Positions 48,176 to 58,479 of a stretch of DNA of 64,000 bases are shown piece after piece (position 1 is the stretch's first letter; the number at the start of each line of letters is the position of its first letter). The translations under genes were made by a program, and so were the position numbers. The notes under the pieces are model-generated. The model was given only the letters and a program-made list of their open reading frames with translations, made no database searches and was not told where the DNA came from. Origin of the DNA: Eutreptiella sp. 'Long Island Sound 2002' (taxonomy: Eukaryota; Protista; Euglenida); the NCBI GenBank assembly GCA_964036045.1, contig OZ038378.1, positions 190,402,001 through 190,466,000 on the forward strand, written 5' to 3'.

Positions 48176-49519
48176 TTCAGCACGCTGGCCTTCATTTGTC
48201 ACGTGGACCGATGGCACCAGAGTGGCAAAAAGTGGTACCCCCGCCCCCCCCCTTGCGAGGGCAGTGCGGCAAGGCGAAACAATGTACTGTGATTTGTGAC
48301 CATGACCATATCCCTGTGTCACGGGGGTGTATGCGAGTCCAGTATCCATTGCTCATGGCCTTGCGAGGGCAACGTCCTTGTCAGCGCAACCGCAGGTGTT
48401 GTTTCCGCCGCCTTTGGAACCGTTTCCTACTTCGCCCTGTAATGAATACGCCCCCTTGTCGGAGCAACGGTAGGTGTTGCTTCCGTCAAATTTTGGGACT
48501 TTGGTGTTGCGCTTGGGGGGGGGGGGGGGTTACTCAGGCTAGTGCAACACCCTGACCCCGACAGCTTTTGCCAAGATGACATAGCCTGGCCGAGGATTCC
48601 AATGTCCAATCCATGTCCACCCCTCCCTCATGCTACCAACGGAGTTTGCCTGAGCAATTTGACATGGCACTGCTTTTCCGGAGAGCGCATTTGGATGTAG
48701 CACCTTTGTAGGCAGTGTTTTTGGCTGCTTTAGTGGCACCGGCATGCCAAAAATTTGGGTCTTCCCTCGGGTGCTACGGTAAGTGTTACGTATCTCCCGA
48801 GTACTCAAGTACTTTGGGCCAAGAGGACGGCAGCGAGCCCTGTTCTCATATGTGCAAGTCAGATGGTACACGGGAGAACCACCGGAAGCAGTGCCCTGCC
48901 GCCGTGTCCGGGCATGGGGTCGTGCAGCATTACATGATTCGGAACGTGGTTGGGGAGCAGGAGACAACCGTCACACCACGGAGCTGCAGTTGGAGTTGGC
49001 AGGATGTAGTTGGGACTTGGCAGGCGGGTGATGTAGAGGGGGGGGGGGGTGGCGCAGGCCTGGCCATGTCCGGCCTCATTTTCACCCTCGGGCCCACCCT
49101 CTAGACTCGGCAGGGCTCCCCAGCAAAGGCCGCAAGGGCAACAAGGGGGCGCTGCACAGGAAGGCTGAAAAGGGGGGGGGGGCAGGGCAAGAACAGGAAG
49201 CAATACATGACCGCTGGTGGCAGAGTACAGAGATCATTGAGCAGCGGCCTGCTTTCTCTTCTCGGTAGACCAATCCTGTTCTTTGTGCTGCTCTTTGATT
49301 GGTTTTTTTGTTCACGGAGGCCATGTGGGATTGCCCTGAAGTTTCAGCTTCTGTTATGCTTGGGTTTCGGGGATGTGGGCTTTCCTCGTTGGGGGTATTT
49401 TCAGGAGGCCATCAGGGACCAGTGTATGCACCCCGCACAAGGAAGGCAAAGGAACATACGCGGCTGGTGCCCCAAAAGCGCCGGGCAGATGGCACATGGC
49501 GCAAGGCTCACCCGCCCCC

Positions 49520-49597
49520 TTACTGTCACCCTTACCCGCACCATCACCCTCACCCTCACCATCACCATCACCTTCACCCTCACCCTCACCCTCACCA

Positions 49598-49637
<40 letters not shown>

Positions 49638-49700
49638 CTTTACCCTCACCCTCACCCTCACCATCACCCTCACCATCACCCTCACCCTCACCTTCACCAT

Positions 49701-49739
<39 letters not shown>

Positions 49740-49766
49740 CTTCACCATCACCCTCACCCTCACCCT

Positions 49767-49817
<51 letters not shown>

Positions 49818-49844
49818 CTTTACCCTCACCCTCACCCTCACCAT

Positions 49845-49877
<33 letters not shown>

Positions 49878-49898
49878 CATCACCCTCACCCTCACCCT

Positions 49899-49949
<51 letters not shown>

Positions 49950-50078
49950 CTTTACCCTCACCCTCACCCTCACCATCACCCTCACCATCACCCTCACCAT
50001 CACCCTCACCCTCACCCTCACCCTCACCATCACCCTCACCCTCACCCTCACCCTCACCATCACCCTCACCCTCACCCT
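49520..50078. repeat. (CCCTCA)n hexamer array with CCATCA/CCTTCA/CCTTTA variants; (TGAGGG)n on the - strand
   Basis: About 560 bp of in-register hexamers ending immediately before a candidate splice acceptor. Confidence 0.97.
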
Positions 50079-50114
50079 CGGCTTCAGCTGTGCCTTGGTC
50101 TTACCGAACGCAAG

Positions 50115-50492
50115 ACCGCGATGCCAGAGGCATCCCTGGATATGTCGTTCAGCGGGCCCTCCACATCGTTTGCAATGTCATCGGCGTCATTGGCGCCTGC
50201 TGCAGACGCAGATCAGGGGGGGCAGCGTGCGGAGGCCATCGAGCAGCTGAGTTTCCGGATCGAGCAGCTGAAGCTGCAGTTCAAGCGCAAGAGCAGCGAC
50301 GATGCGCACAGCCCTCCTGCGTCCCCTGGTCGGCCCGCGTTTTCCCCGCGAATGGGGACTAGCCCTGTGGTGGGAAGTCCCAGAATGGAAGCTGCAAGCC
50401 CCAGGGGAATAGGGGAGGGCGTGGGGCTGGGGGAGCTGGAGTTTACTGGAAAGATGAACTGCCGGTTGCGGCAGAAGATGCTGGAGGCGAAG
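50115..50492 (+). CDS. Internal exon of the same unknown gene (alternative acceptor gives start 50088)
   Basis: [12 protein letters not shown]...[18 protein letters not shown]...RQKMLEAK. Both candidate acceptors are phase 0; phase-0 donor AAG|GTGCTG at 50493. Confidence 0.6.
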
Positions 50493-50642
50493 GTGCTGCT
50501 GTTTGTCTGCTGAGACTTCCCTCGACCATCGGCCGCATTTTACGTCCCCAAATTGCCCGTGTTCGAGGATTTTTGGGACCTTTGGCCGGCCGAAACGGTC
50601 GAAGCGGGCTCAACAACGAGCTCAATACGCTCGTGTGAGCAC

Positions 50643-50850
50643 CAGGCTATTGCTTAGTGTGGCGGACACCCTACCCCTAGGGGGGGGGGGGTGAGGGTCA
50701 GGGGCTAAAAAACAGGTTTGTGCACCTAAAATCGGCCTCAAATTTCCGGCCCTTTCAACAGATTTCATGTTTTTCCGGAGGCAAATTCTTCTGATGTGGG
50801 TGGGTGGGTGCGGGGCTGGCCAGCCCCCGGGGTCACTAAGCAATAGGCTG
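50643..50850. mobile_element. hAT-type MITE, 208 bp, intronic
   Basis: 17-bp TIR CAGGCTATTGCTTAGTG / CACTAAGCAATAGGCTG with 1 mismatch. 8-bp TSD GTGAGCAC at 50635-50642 and 50851-50858. Related ends at ~6875 and ~30611. Confidence 0.9.
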
Positions 50851-52754
50851 GTGAGCACTCCCAAGTGGTCCATCAGCAACTCTGAGGGTCGAAGATGCGT
50901 TTTCTTTCTCTACCATGACATGGCTCATCATGCTGGTCTTCTGTACCAAGTGAAAAGACATGATGCATCGGGACGCACGCATCGATGCCCAGCACGTTCT
51001 GGGTTGTTCGGTAGCCAGCTCGCGGTCGACCCTAAGGAGCGCAGGAAATTTCCTGAGGGAGTAGCTGCTGCGCCAGGCGAAAAGTCGAATGGCCGGACAA
51101 AAAATTGATTGGGTTGACGTCTTAGTTCTAACGAAACAACCCCTGTCCTCCAACTACACAGACTCTGGATGCGTTCCTGCATCTTCAGGTATTTCGAACG
51201 GTCGTTCCGTTTCACGACCCTGGCTATCTACGCTGTTCCTACGCTGTTCAGAACAGCACTAATGAGGCAGCTCCCTCTGTGTGCACCGATACAGGGCCCG
51301 CAGTCCATTGTGTCTCCAGGGGGGCCTGTGGTCTACCCCGTCCCCCCTCTAGTCAGACTCCAAGGGCCCACCACAAGCATCGCAGGATGTCTGAAATCGC
51401 TCAAAAAAGTAAGTTTTGCACCCACTTTTTTTGGGCAAATGTAGTCCATATATTTTTTTCAAAAAATTGTCGTGCACCAATTTGAGTTGGGGGAAAAATA
51501 AGGTCTGGCCTTTCGAACGTGTTTTCCAGACCCCCCCCCCCTCCCCTGGTGCACACCAGCTCGAACCCCCCCCCCCCCCTCCCCGGTGTTGCAACGGACC
51601 GCAGGCCCAGGGTCGAGGCATCTGCCTGGATCATTCAAAGCGCTGAAAACCAAAAGTGGGGGGATGCGCATGGCCCTACATGCCCTCGGGTGTGGATTCC
51701 GGACTACGCCAGCAACCCTTGGTTTGGGCTGCTTCTGGCCAAAACCCACCGTTTTGGGGCCATTTTGGATCCTTTTTGGGGGCGGTGCGCCGGTATGTCG
51801 CGGAATTGGGGGGCGGGACAAACCCTCCCTGTCAAGAGCAAAGCGTGCGAGTTTGAACAGGCACGGCCATTCGTTATGCTGCGGCCGTTTTGGTCCACTT
51901 TGGGGCCAGCTAGGTTTGGCCAAAACTGGGCACGTTTTGCAGCGTAGAGACCCGACTTGTGGTCGGGGCCCTGGGCCGCCACCCCCGTTTGGGATGTGGG
52001 ATGGGCACCTTTGCAGGTCCACGGGATGTCGTAATGATTGACAAATTGGATTGGGAGAAGTTTTCGGGAGGGTAAAGCAATAGATATATCCCCAACCGCG
52101 ACACTTGTACCGCTGTTGCTCGCGCAGCCCACAACCACTGGTGGCATAGGGGCGGGAGGCGGGGGGCATAATGCCTGCAGGCAAAGGCGTGCGGGACGGC
52201 GTGTGGCCGGTAGAGGGCAGTAGAGGTCTTGTGAGGCGTTGTGGGTGGGTGCTGCAGGTCCCGGGCTCTGTTGCAAAGTGCACGCCATTGCTGTGCCACA
52301 GCGTTGGGGTGGCCCCAGCCAAGCCGTTTGGCCGCAGCGCGTGGAGGCGGTGCTGCCATCGTGCCCAGCACCGTGCCCACAAAATGGCCCGTAGCTTCCG
52401 CACCGCTGCATTGTCGAGGTCCTTGTTCTCCCACGAAAACTGCCCCCATTCGCGTGTATCCGGTCAGAATGTGACGGAGAGCCCAACTGCGCGGCTTTTG
52501 GGCTTGTGTGTGATCACTGGCCCCCACCCCCCCGGCCCCCTCCGGGAAGCCCAAAATGCAGGTGGAAGTGACAGTGCATCATCCGCACGTGAGCCGGCCA
52601 GGGATTCCCCTGCGGGTGGCTGGAAAGTAGTTGTTCGTGGCCAATGGACATGAAGTCGTTTCAAAAGTTGGCAGCCATTGCAATGTGCTCTGGTTTGCGT
52701 GCGTCCACCGGGCGTTGTGCTAACACTTGTCCACTGCTGCTGCTGCCGCTGCAG

Positions 52755-53138
52755 GTGCTGTCCAACAGCCCACGCACGGTCGAGGCTCTGAAGGAGCGCC
52801 TGGCATATCATAAGACCCGCCAGGAGCGGCTGCACGCGGCCGCCGGCAACAAGATCCAGCAGAACATCCGGGAGGCGGCCGAGCAGCCCCCGCGCAACCG
52901 GCGGCTGATCGAAGAGGCGCGGCGCGCGACGCCGGCCGAGACCCCCTCGGAGCGCATGTACCGGGAGACGATGGCGGAGATGCGTAGCGCCTTCGCCAGG
53001 GAACGGAGGCCGGGGCACCTGTGGGCCGCCGCCATCTACGCGGTGCTGTTCCCCGCGGCGGTGGTCTCCGCCATGCAGGCGGCGGTCCCGGACGCGCCCG
53101 GGTCGGATGACGACGATTCCGATAATTCCGAGTTTTAA
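52755..53138 (+). CDS. Last exon of the unknown gene: helical region, hydrophobic stretch and acidic tail
   Basis: Acceptor CCGCTGCAG|, phase 0, very GC3-rich. VLSNSPRTVEALKERL...HLWAAAIYAVLFPAAVVSAMQAAV...SDDDDSDNSEF then TAA. Confidence 0.7.
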   Translation: MLSNSPRTVEALKERLAYHKTRQERLHAAAGNKIQQNIREAAEQPPRNRRLIEEARRATPAETPSERMYRETMAEMRSAFARERRPGHLWAAAIYAVLFPAAVVSAMQAAVPDAPGSDDDDSDNSEF

Positions 53139-53984
53139 TAAGCTCCGCCCGGGCGCTGCTTCAACACCCTGTTTTTCCTCCATTTTTTTTTGCGCGAGGA
53201 GCGCCCTCAGCCGCTGTCGGCAAAATCTTGTTGCTCCCTTTTTGAGTCAGGGAGCGCCCTCAGCTGGTGCACTATCCTCTTGCGTGCCCGCTACGCATGC
53301 GCTGGAACCCCCACTTCCTGCCCACTCCGCAGGTGCGGCAACGCCCATTGCTTGCCCAGGGCGGGGCATGCACAGCTGCAGTGCCCTGTCGCTGTAAATA
53401 TTTACCTCTTCCACTTCTGAGCCCCCGTCCCCCCACCAACATCTTAATTGCGCCCTTCCTCCCTCCCAATCTGTACCCCGCCCCGTTGGCTGGTGCCCCC
53501 CCTCCCCCCTGCACTTGGACGCTTTGTGCACCACGTTTCCTTGGAGCATGGAAAATTTTTTTCCGCTGCATATTCACTTCAGCATCACCTGCCCATTGCA
53601 TGGGTTCATGGTCTGTTGATTACCCGGTCCAATGTGTCCAAGTGCCCGGTCGGGATGTCAACCACGGCGCTTGCTCAAGGGTCTGATTGCATGCCGAACT
53701 AGATGTCACATCTGTAATATAAAACACCAACAAGCGGTCCCAGCTGCAGTGCCTGAGACTGCTGATGCCCACTAGACTGGCCATCTGTGATGTTCTTTTA
53801 CCATCCCCCCCTTGACCTGTTGCCCAACCTCTCTCATGACCGTTGACCTCCTCACCCACACGAAACAACCGTTGACAGCCTGAGACACCTCCGTGACCCG
53901 TGACATCATCTTGTTTGGTGTTGGTGAGTGCAAATGCCAGATTGGAATCTCTAGAGGGTGGTCTTGTTTGATTTTTTGCAGAGC

Positions 53985-54335
53985 AGTACACCACAGCACA
54001 GCACATTACAGTACGCTATGGCGCGTTACAGTATGGCACGGTACGGTATGGTACGGTGCGGTACAGTACAGTACAGTACGGTGCGGTACAGTACAGTACA
54101 GTACAGTGCAGTACAGTAGAGTACAGTACAGTACAGTACAGTACAGTACAGTACAGTACAGTGCAGTACGGTGTGATACAGTACGGTACGGTGCGGTAAA
54201 GTGTGGCACGCCACAGTACAGTACGGTACAGTACAGTGCAGTACAGTTCAACACAGTACAACACATTGCAGTACAGTCTGGTGCGGTACAGTCAATACGA
54301 TACAGTACAATATAGTACAGTCCAGTACAGTGCAA
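53985..54335. repeat. (CAGTA)n pentanucleotide microsatellite with CGGTA/CGGTG/CAGTG variants
   Basis: Direct reading of the sequence. Confidence 0.95.
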
Positions 54336-54682
54336 CGATCGCATTGCTGCGCATGATTATCTCAGCACAATCACAACATATGACTGTCTCAGTACTCAGG
54401 CACTCACACCATCCCGCCCAACCCCCAAACTGTGCGGTTGTGTGCTTGTGCCTCCATCGGTGCCTCTCTATCAGCGGCAGGGCTCCTCCTTTTCGTCCAA
54501 ACCACAGCGCGTGCGGCTACAAAAGCCGCGACCTCCCTCAGGAGGTCAGCATGAGGCAAAGGGGCTGGCGGAGTGTGTGTAGTTTTTACGAGGGTATGGC
54601 ATATTTAGAGCCTATGCTGCGAAACATAAGGTGACTTCCATACTCCCTAGGGCACTATTTCCCTGAACCTACAGCGGCATAC

Positions 54683-55098
54683 CAACACCAACACCAACAC
54701 CAACACCAACACCAATACCAATACCAATACAGTACAATACAAAACAAAATTGCCATACAGTAGAGGAGTGTAGTGTAGTGTTGTGTAGTGCGGTGTAGGC
54801 TCTGGTATCAACCATCTTCTCTTGTTACGAGATCCTGGTGAAACGGGTGAATTCTGCTCCGGTCTTGTGGGTCCCAACGCTACCTGAGGTGACTCACAGC
54901 TTGACAGAGGACCTAGGTGTCTGGGGTGCCAGCCGCCCAGGATTTGGGGGCAGTGGCAACTGTAGCGCGTTAGCATTCGCACCGATGAGAGGTGCTGGCC
55001 TGTGAACCTGCCACATGGCAGGGGACAAGGCAGAGCAATGCGGTGGTGGTGGTGGTGGTGGTGGTGGTGGTGGTGGTGGTGGTGGTGGTGGTGGTGGT
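54683..55098. repeat. (ACACCA)n at ~54683-54730 and (GGT)n at ~55042-55098
   Basis: Direct reading of the sequence. Confidence 0.95.
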
Positions 55099-56107
55099 GT
55101 TGTGGAGGAATCTGCTGCATATGCGTTGGCGATTGTGTGTGGCAACAACTTCGGATGTCTGGACGGTCTAGCATTGATGTGCTGTGCAGACAATCTGATT
55201 GGAACCCTTGTTGTATTTGGGAGGTCGGTGGTTGTTGCATTGGATTGGGCTTATGCGGTTGATTGGGTGTGCGCCTTACTTCGTGGCAATACCAGTGTTG
55301 AGTCTCATGGGAGACATGGCTACACCTCCCAAGACTTTTCAAACTTCGAACACCGTGCAGTTTCGGCAAAAAATCCGTATTGCCCCTTGTTGCCCTTTGT
55401 ATTCAAAAACCCCAGTAAACTACATCCTTTGATAAGGTCCCATGCTATAAAGGGAAGTAGATTGTGCGTGCACAAGAAGTTGTTCATCAATACATCCATG
55501 GAAAGAGACACGATTGATTGGGATCAGAAAGCAAAGAACCTAGCCTTCGCCCCGAGTCCACAACGATTAAAAAAGGGAAAATGCAACACACATATGCAAG
55601 CCCTCGAAGAGCAGCAATCCCCTCCATTGGGAAGAATGATGTGGCACCCCTACCTACTGTGGGCCTTACAAACTTCGCATGCACAATGTTCAACGCGATG
55701 CAAAGCAATGACAAGAGCAAAGGCTCAATGGCTTAAAAAAGAATTAAATTTGTCCGTGCATTGCCCCCCCCCGATTTCCCCTTGTTGGAACCACGATGTG
55801 ACTCACCGGAGTGGTATTTCTTGGAGTAGCCCTAGGGCCGCCAGACTAACTCTAATGGGGATCCACCACAATCCCTTCAAATTGTGCTAACATCGTGTAT
55901 GCTATGCACTCCTTCTCAATGCCCGTGGCCGTCCAAAGATCTGCCATGTACCATTGTGTACTCCGTACCCTTCAGTACATGTAGTGGGCCCTTTCGTAAA
56001 GGCAGTGGCCGTATCAAAGCTAGGCATTCACATGGGGGTGAGGATTCGTGCCCCGTTTCCATCTCTCACCATGCTGTCATACGGTTCTTGACATATGGCA
56101 TATTGTC

Positions 56108-56170
56108 AAGGGTCGGAATTGAACTAAGGTCTTCGAGTTGCCAAGTGTCATAACCACCCAACTAAACACA
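56108..56170 (-). pseudogene. Second tRNA-like remnant or SINE head
   Basis: Reverse strand TAGTTGGGTGGTTA (A-box-like) and AGTTCAATTCC (B-box-like) at tRNA spacing; stems degenerate. Confidence 0.33.
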
Positions 56171-57347
56171 TGTGGTCAGTGTGGCACCACCCAATTTCTC
56201 AGGCTTTGCCACTGCCTCGAGTGTGCTGATATCCCCTTCCCCTCATGTAGGTGTGCGTAGACACCCTCCACGGTACGCTATGTGGGCTGCCGTGGGTGGC
56301 TAACACAACACCTTGGTGTTGTCACAAGGTCCTTTAAAACCGCTTCCACTGCTTGCTCCGATTTCTTTTATCTCTTTGAGCATGCGATGGTTTTGGATCA
56401 CGATGCTTGGGGAGGAGGGATAACCCAATATTTTTGCACCATTCTAGGAATCTACAACCTCAAAAGAGTTTTTGCGGCATACCAGTCCGGCTTCATTATG
56501 AGAGCTAGTCCCCTGCGTCTAGGACAATTTGTTTTTTCAAGGCGACTCAAACCTGCCCCGCTTCAGGCTCAAGTTTTAGGTGTGATTCAAGCTTGGTCAG
56601 TTCCGGCCTCAAGCCCTCTTGTTGTAGGGTTGACCCTACGACTTGGTGTAAAGCGATGGGCACATGCCCGTTTTGTTATCATGAAGTGCTAAGGACTGTT
56701 GTGGCACAAGTCTGCAAACGCCACGATTTTTACGTGACGAATACTTTTCTCTTCAAAGACACGGCAGAGTAAATAGGTAGCTCAAAAGTCAAAAACATGT
56801 AGGGGCGCACGAAGCGTGCACTACACAACAGGCGGGAAGAAGTTACTGCATAGATGCCGCATGGCATATAAAGAGTCCTGTGCAGCTATCCAAGAGCACC
56901 ATCCCGGATCTTGACCCCCAGGGGCCAAAATAAGCACTCCATGGCTGATTTTGGGACCTGTAGTGTGGAGACTCTTCGTGGTGAGAGGCCAAAGGCCAAG
57001 ATAGGCAAGAAGCAGGATGCAAGCCTGGTGTAGTGTGTCATCTCTGCATGCGCAGAGTGGTCCACTTGTAAATGGCCAAGGCTATTGCCTCTAAGACTCC
57101 ACGCCTCATGCCCCAAGCGATGTAGTAGGCCCGGATTTGCCCTCGGCGCGCTAGTTGCCGGGGCACTCCAAGCCTGAATCAGTAATATGAGTCCATACTC
57201 CAGCAATCAGCCCCCCCCCCCCCTTGTGAGAGAACCCAAGGGTTGCCCAACGTATGAAAAAATTAGCCCAGAGCGAAACCTCTTAGGGTTGGAACAATCT
57301 GAAAAGTAGGTTGTCTCTTGACCCAGCACCGGGTAAATAATGTTACT

Positions 57348-57428
57348 CGACTGTTAGCTTTGCTAACTGGGGTTTTATATGTTTGTCTTATTTGTTCCAG
57401 ATTGTTTTTGAAATTTTGCCTTGGGAAG
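57348..57428 (+). repeat. Split direct repeat A1, left end of the YR element
   Basis: CGACTGTTAGCTTTGCTAACTGG...GCCTTGGGAAG; ends immediately before the ATG at 57429; contains the hairpin GTTAGC-TTT-GCTAAC. Confidence 0.93.
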
Positions 57429-58473
57429 ATGGCGGAATGCATGGAATTTCAGGATTACTTCCAGGCCGGAGTGCACGACTCTGTGTGAGAGGGAACCCCA
57501 GCAGCGTCCTGGGCAAAGGCAAAAATGCGGTTAACCAAGTCCCTTCGCCATCTGGGGGATTCGCGTTCGCAATGGCTCCAGACATTTGCCAGTGCCTCAG
57601 GATTTGGAGGGACAGAGGAGGCGCTCATTGAGAATCTGATTGGCTACACGTTGACAGAGCAGGTCCAAATAAACATGACCACAGGGGCCTTTGAGAAAAT
57701 CAGGGTACAGCCAGACACTGTCAACAAGGCTTCGGACCCTGCCCTGTTGAGCTTGTTAGAGGGACAGGCTGCCTTGATCAAGTCCCTCATGGAGAAGGTC
57801 AACAGTCTATCGGAAGCCCCCACGCGGTCGGAAAAGTCTGTGCCACCCCTGTGCCTCAAGGAGTTACATGGGTTGGCCTTGGTATGGAACCACCCTCAAT
57901 GGGTCACCAGGGTCCTGTACTACCTCAAATGCGCGATCCTCAAGGAAGCCCTGCCGCTGGATGCCATGAGAATGACCCCCAAGTGGGATGACGAGGCGCA
58001 AAAGCCCCTCCTTTTCAGCCTCTCGGACGACCAGAAGAAAGACACCACGGTATGGACTGAGGTGGTGGTGACTGGAGATTCGGCAGGGGACGCCCCAATG
58101 GATGACAGCTCAGGCACCCCCCCCCCCCCCGGTGTTGTCCTTGAACAGCTCTGCGGTGCTCATGGTGGAGTCTTTGTGGTTGCTGGTATGGTCCTCCGTC
58201 CACTGTTACAAGGAAAGATACGAATCCGACTCAACTTCTTCAAAACAAGCATCAGAGGATCCAGACTTCACCTCAGGCCTGAGTACAGCGGGGGCACGCC
58301 TTAAAAAGGTCATGCGACGAGGTTTCAAAATGGTGGATGGGGTTGAGTACTTCGGGGTCCATAAAGGAGAGTGGGTGCGATCGGACTCCGCCCCAGTGGG
58401 GCCCTGTAAAACGTGCAAAGGTCACGGGCTCATCGAGAGGCACTGGGTATGGAACTGCCCCAGGCTGGAGTGA
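57429..58473 (+). pseudogene. gag-like ORF of the YR element with a C-terminal zinc knuckle; one in-frame stop and one homopolymer frameshift
   Basis: ATG 57429 is in frame with the 57525 ORF but has TGA at 57486-57488. Frameshift in the C14 run at 58117-58130. Ends CKTCKGHGLIERHWVWNC (C-x2-C-x8-H-x4-C). Confidence 0.75.
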
Positions 58474-58479
58474 CGGGAC

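Noticed and set aside
49207-50075. (TL)n, (HP)n, (PS)n and (VR)n proteins, or a true chromosome end
   Set aside because: All frames of a hexamer repeat are open. The array is internal, flanked by unique sequence on both sides, and is TGAGGG rather than TTAGGG.
53893-55262. (VQYST)n, (LYCTV)n, poly-His/Trp/Gly/Pro ORFs
   Set aside because: Translations of the (CAGTA)n and (GGT)n microsatellites.
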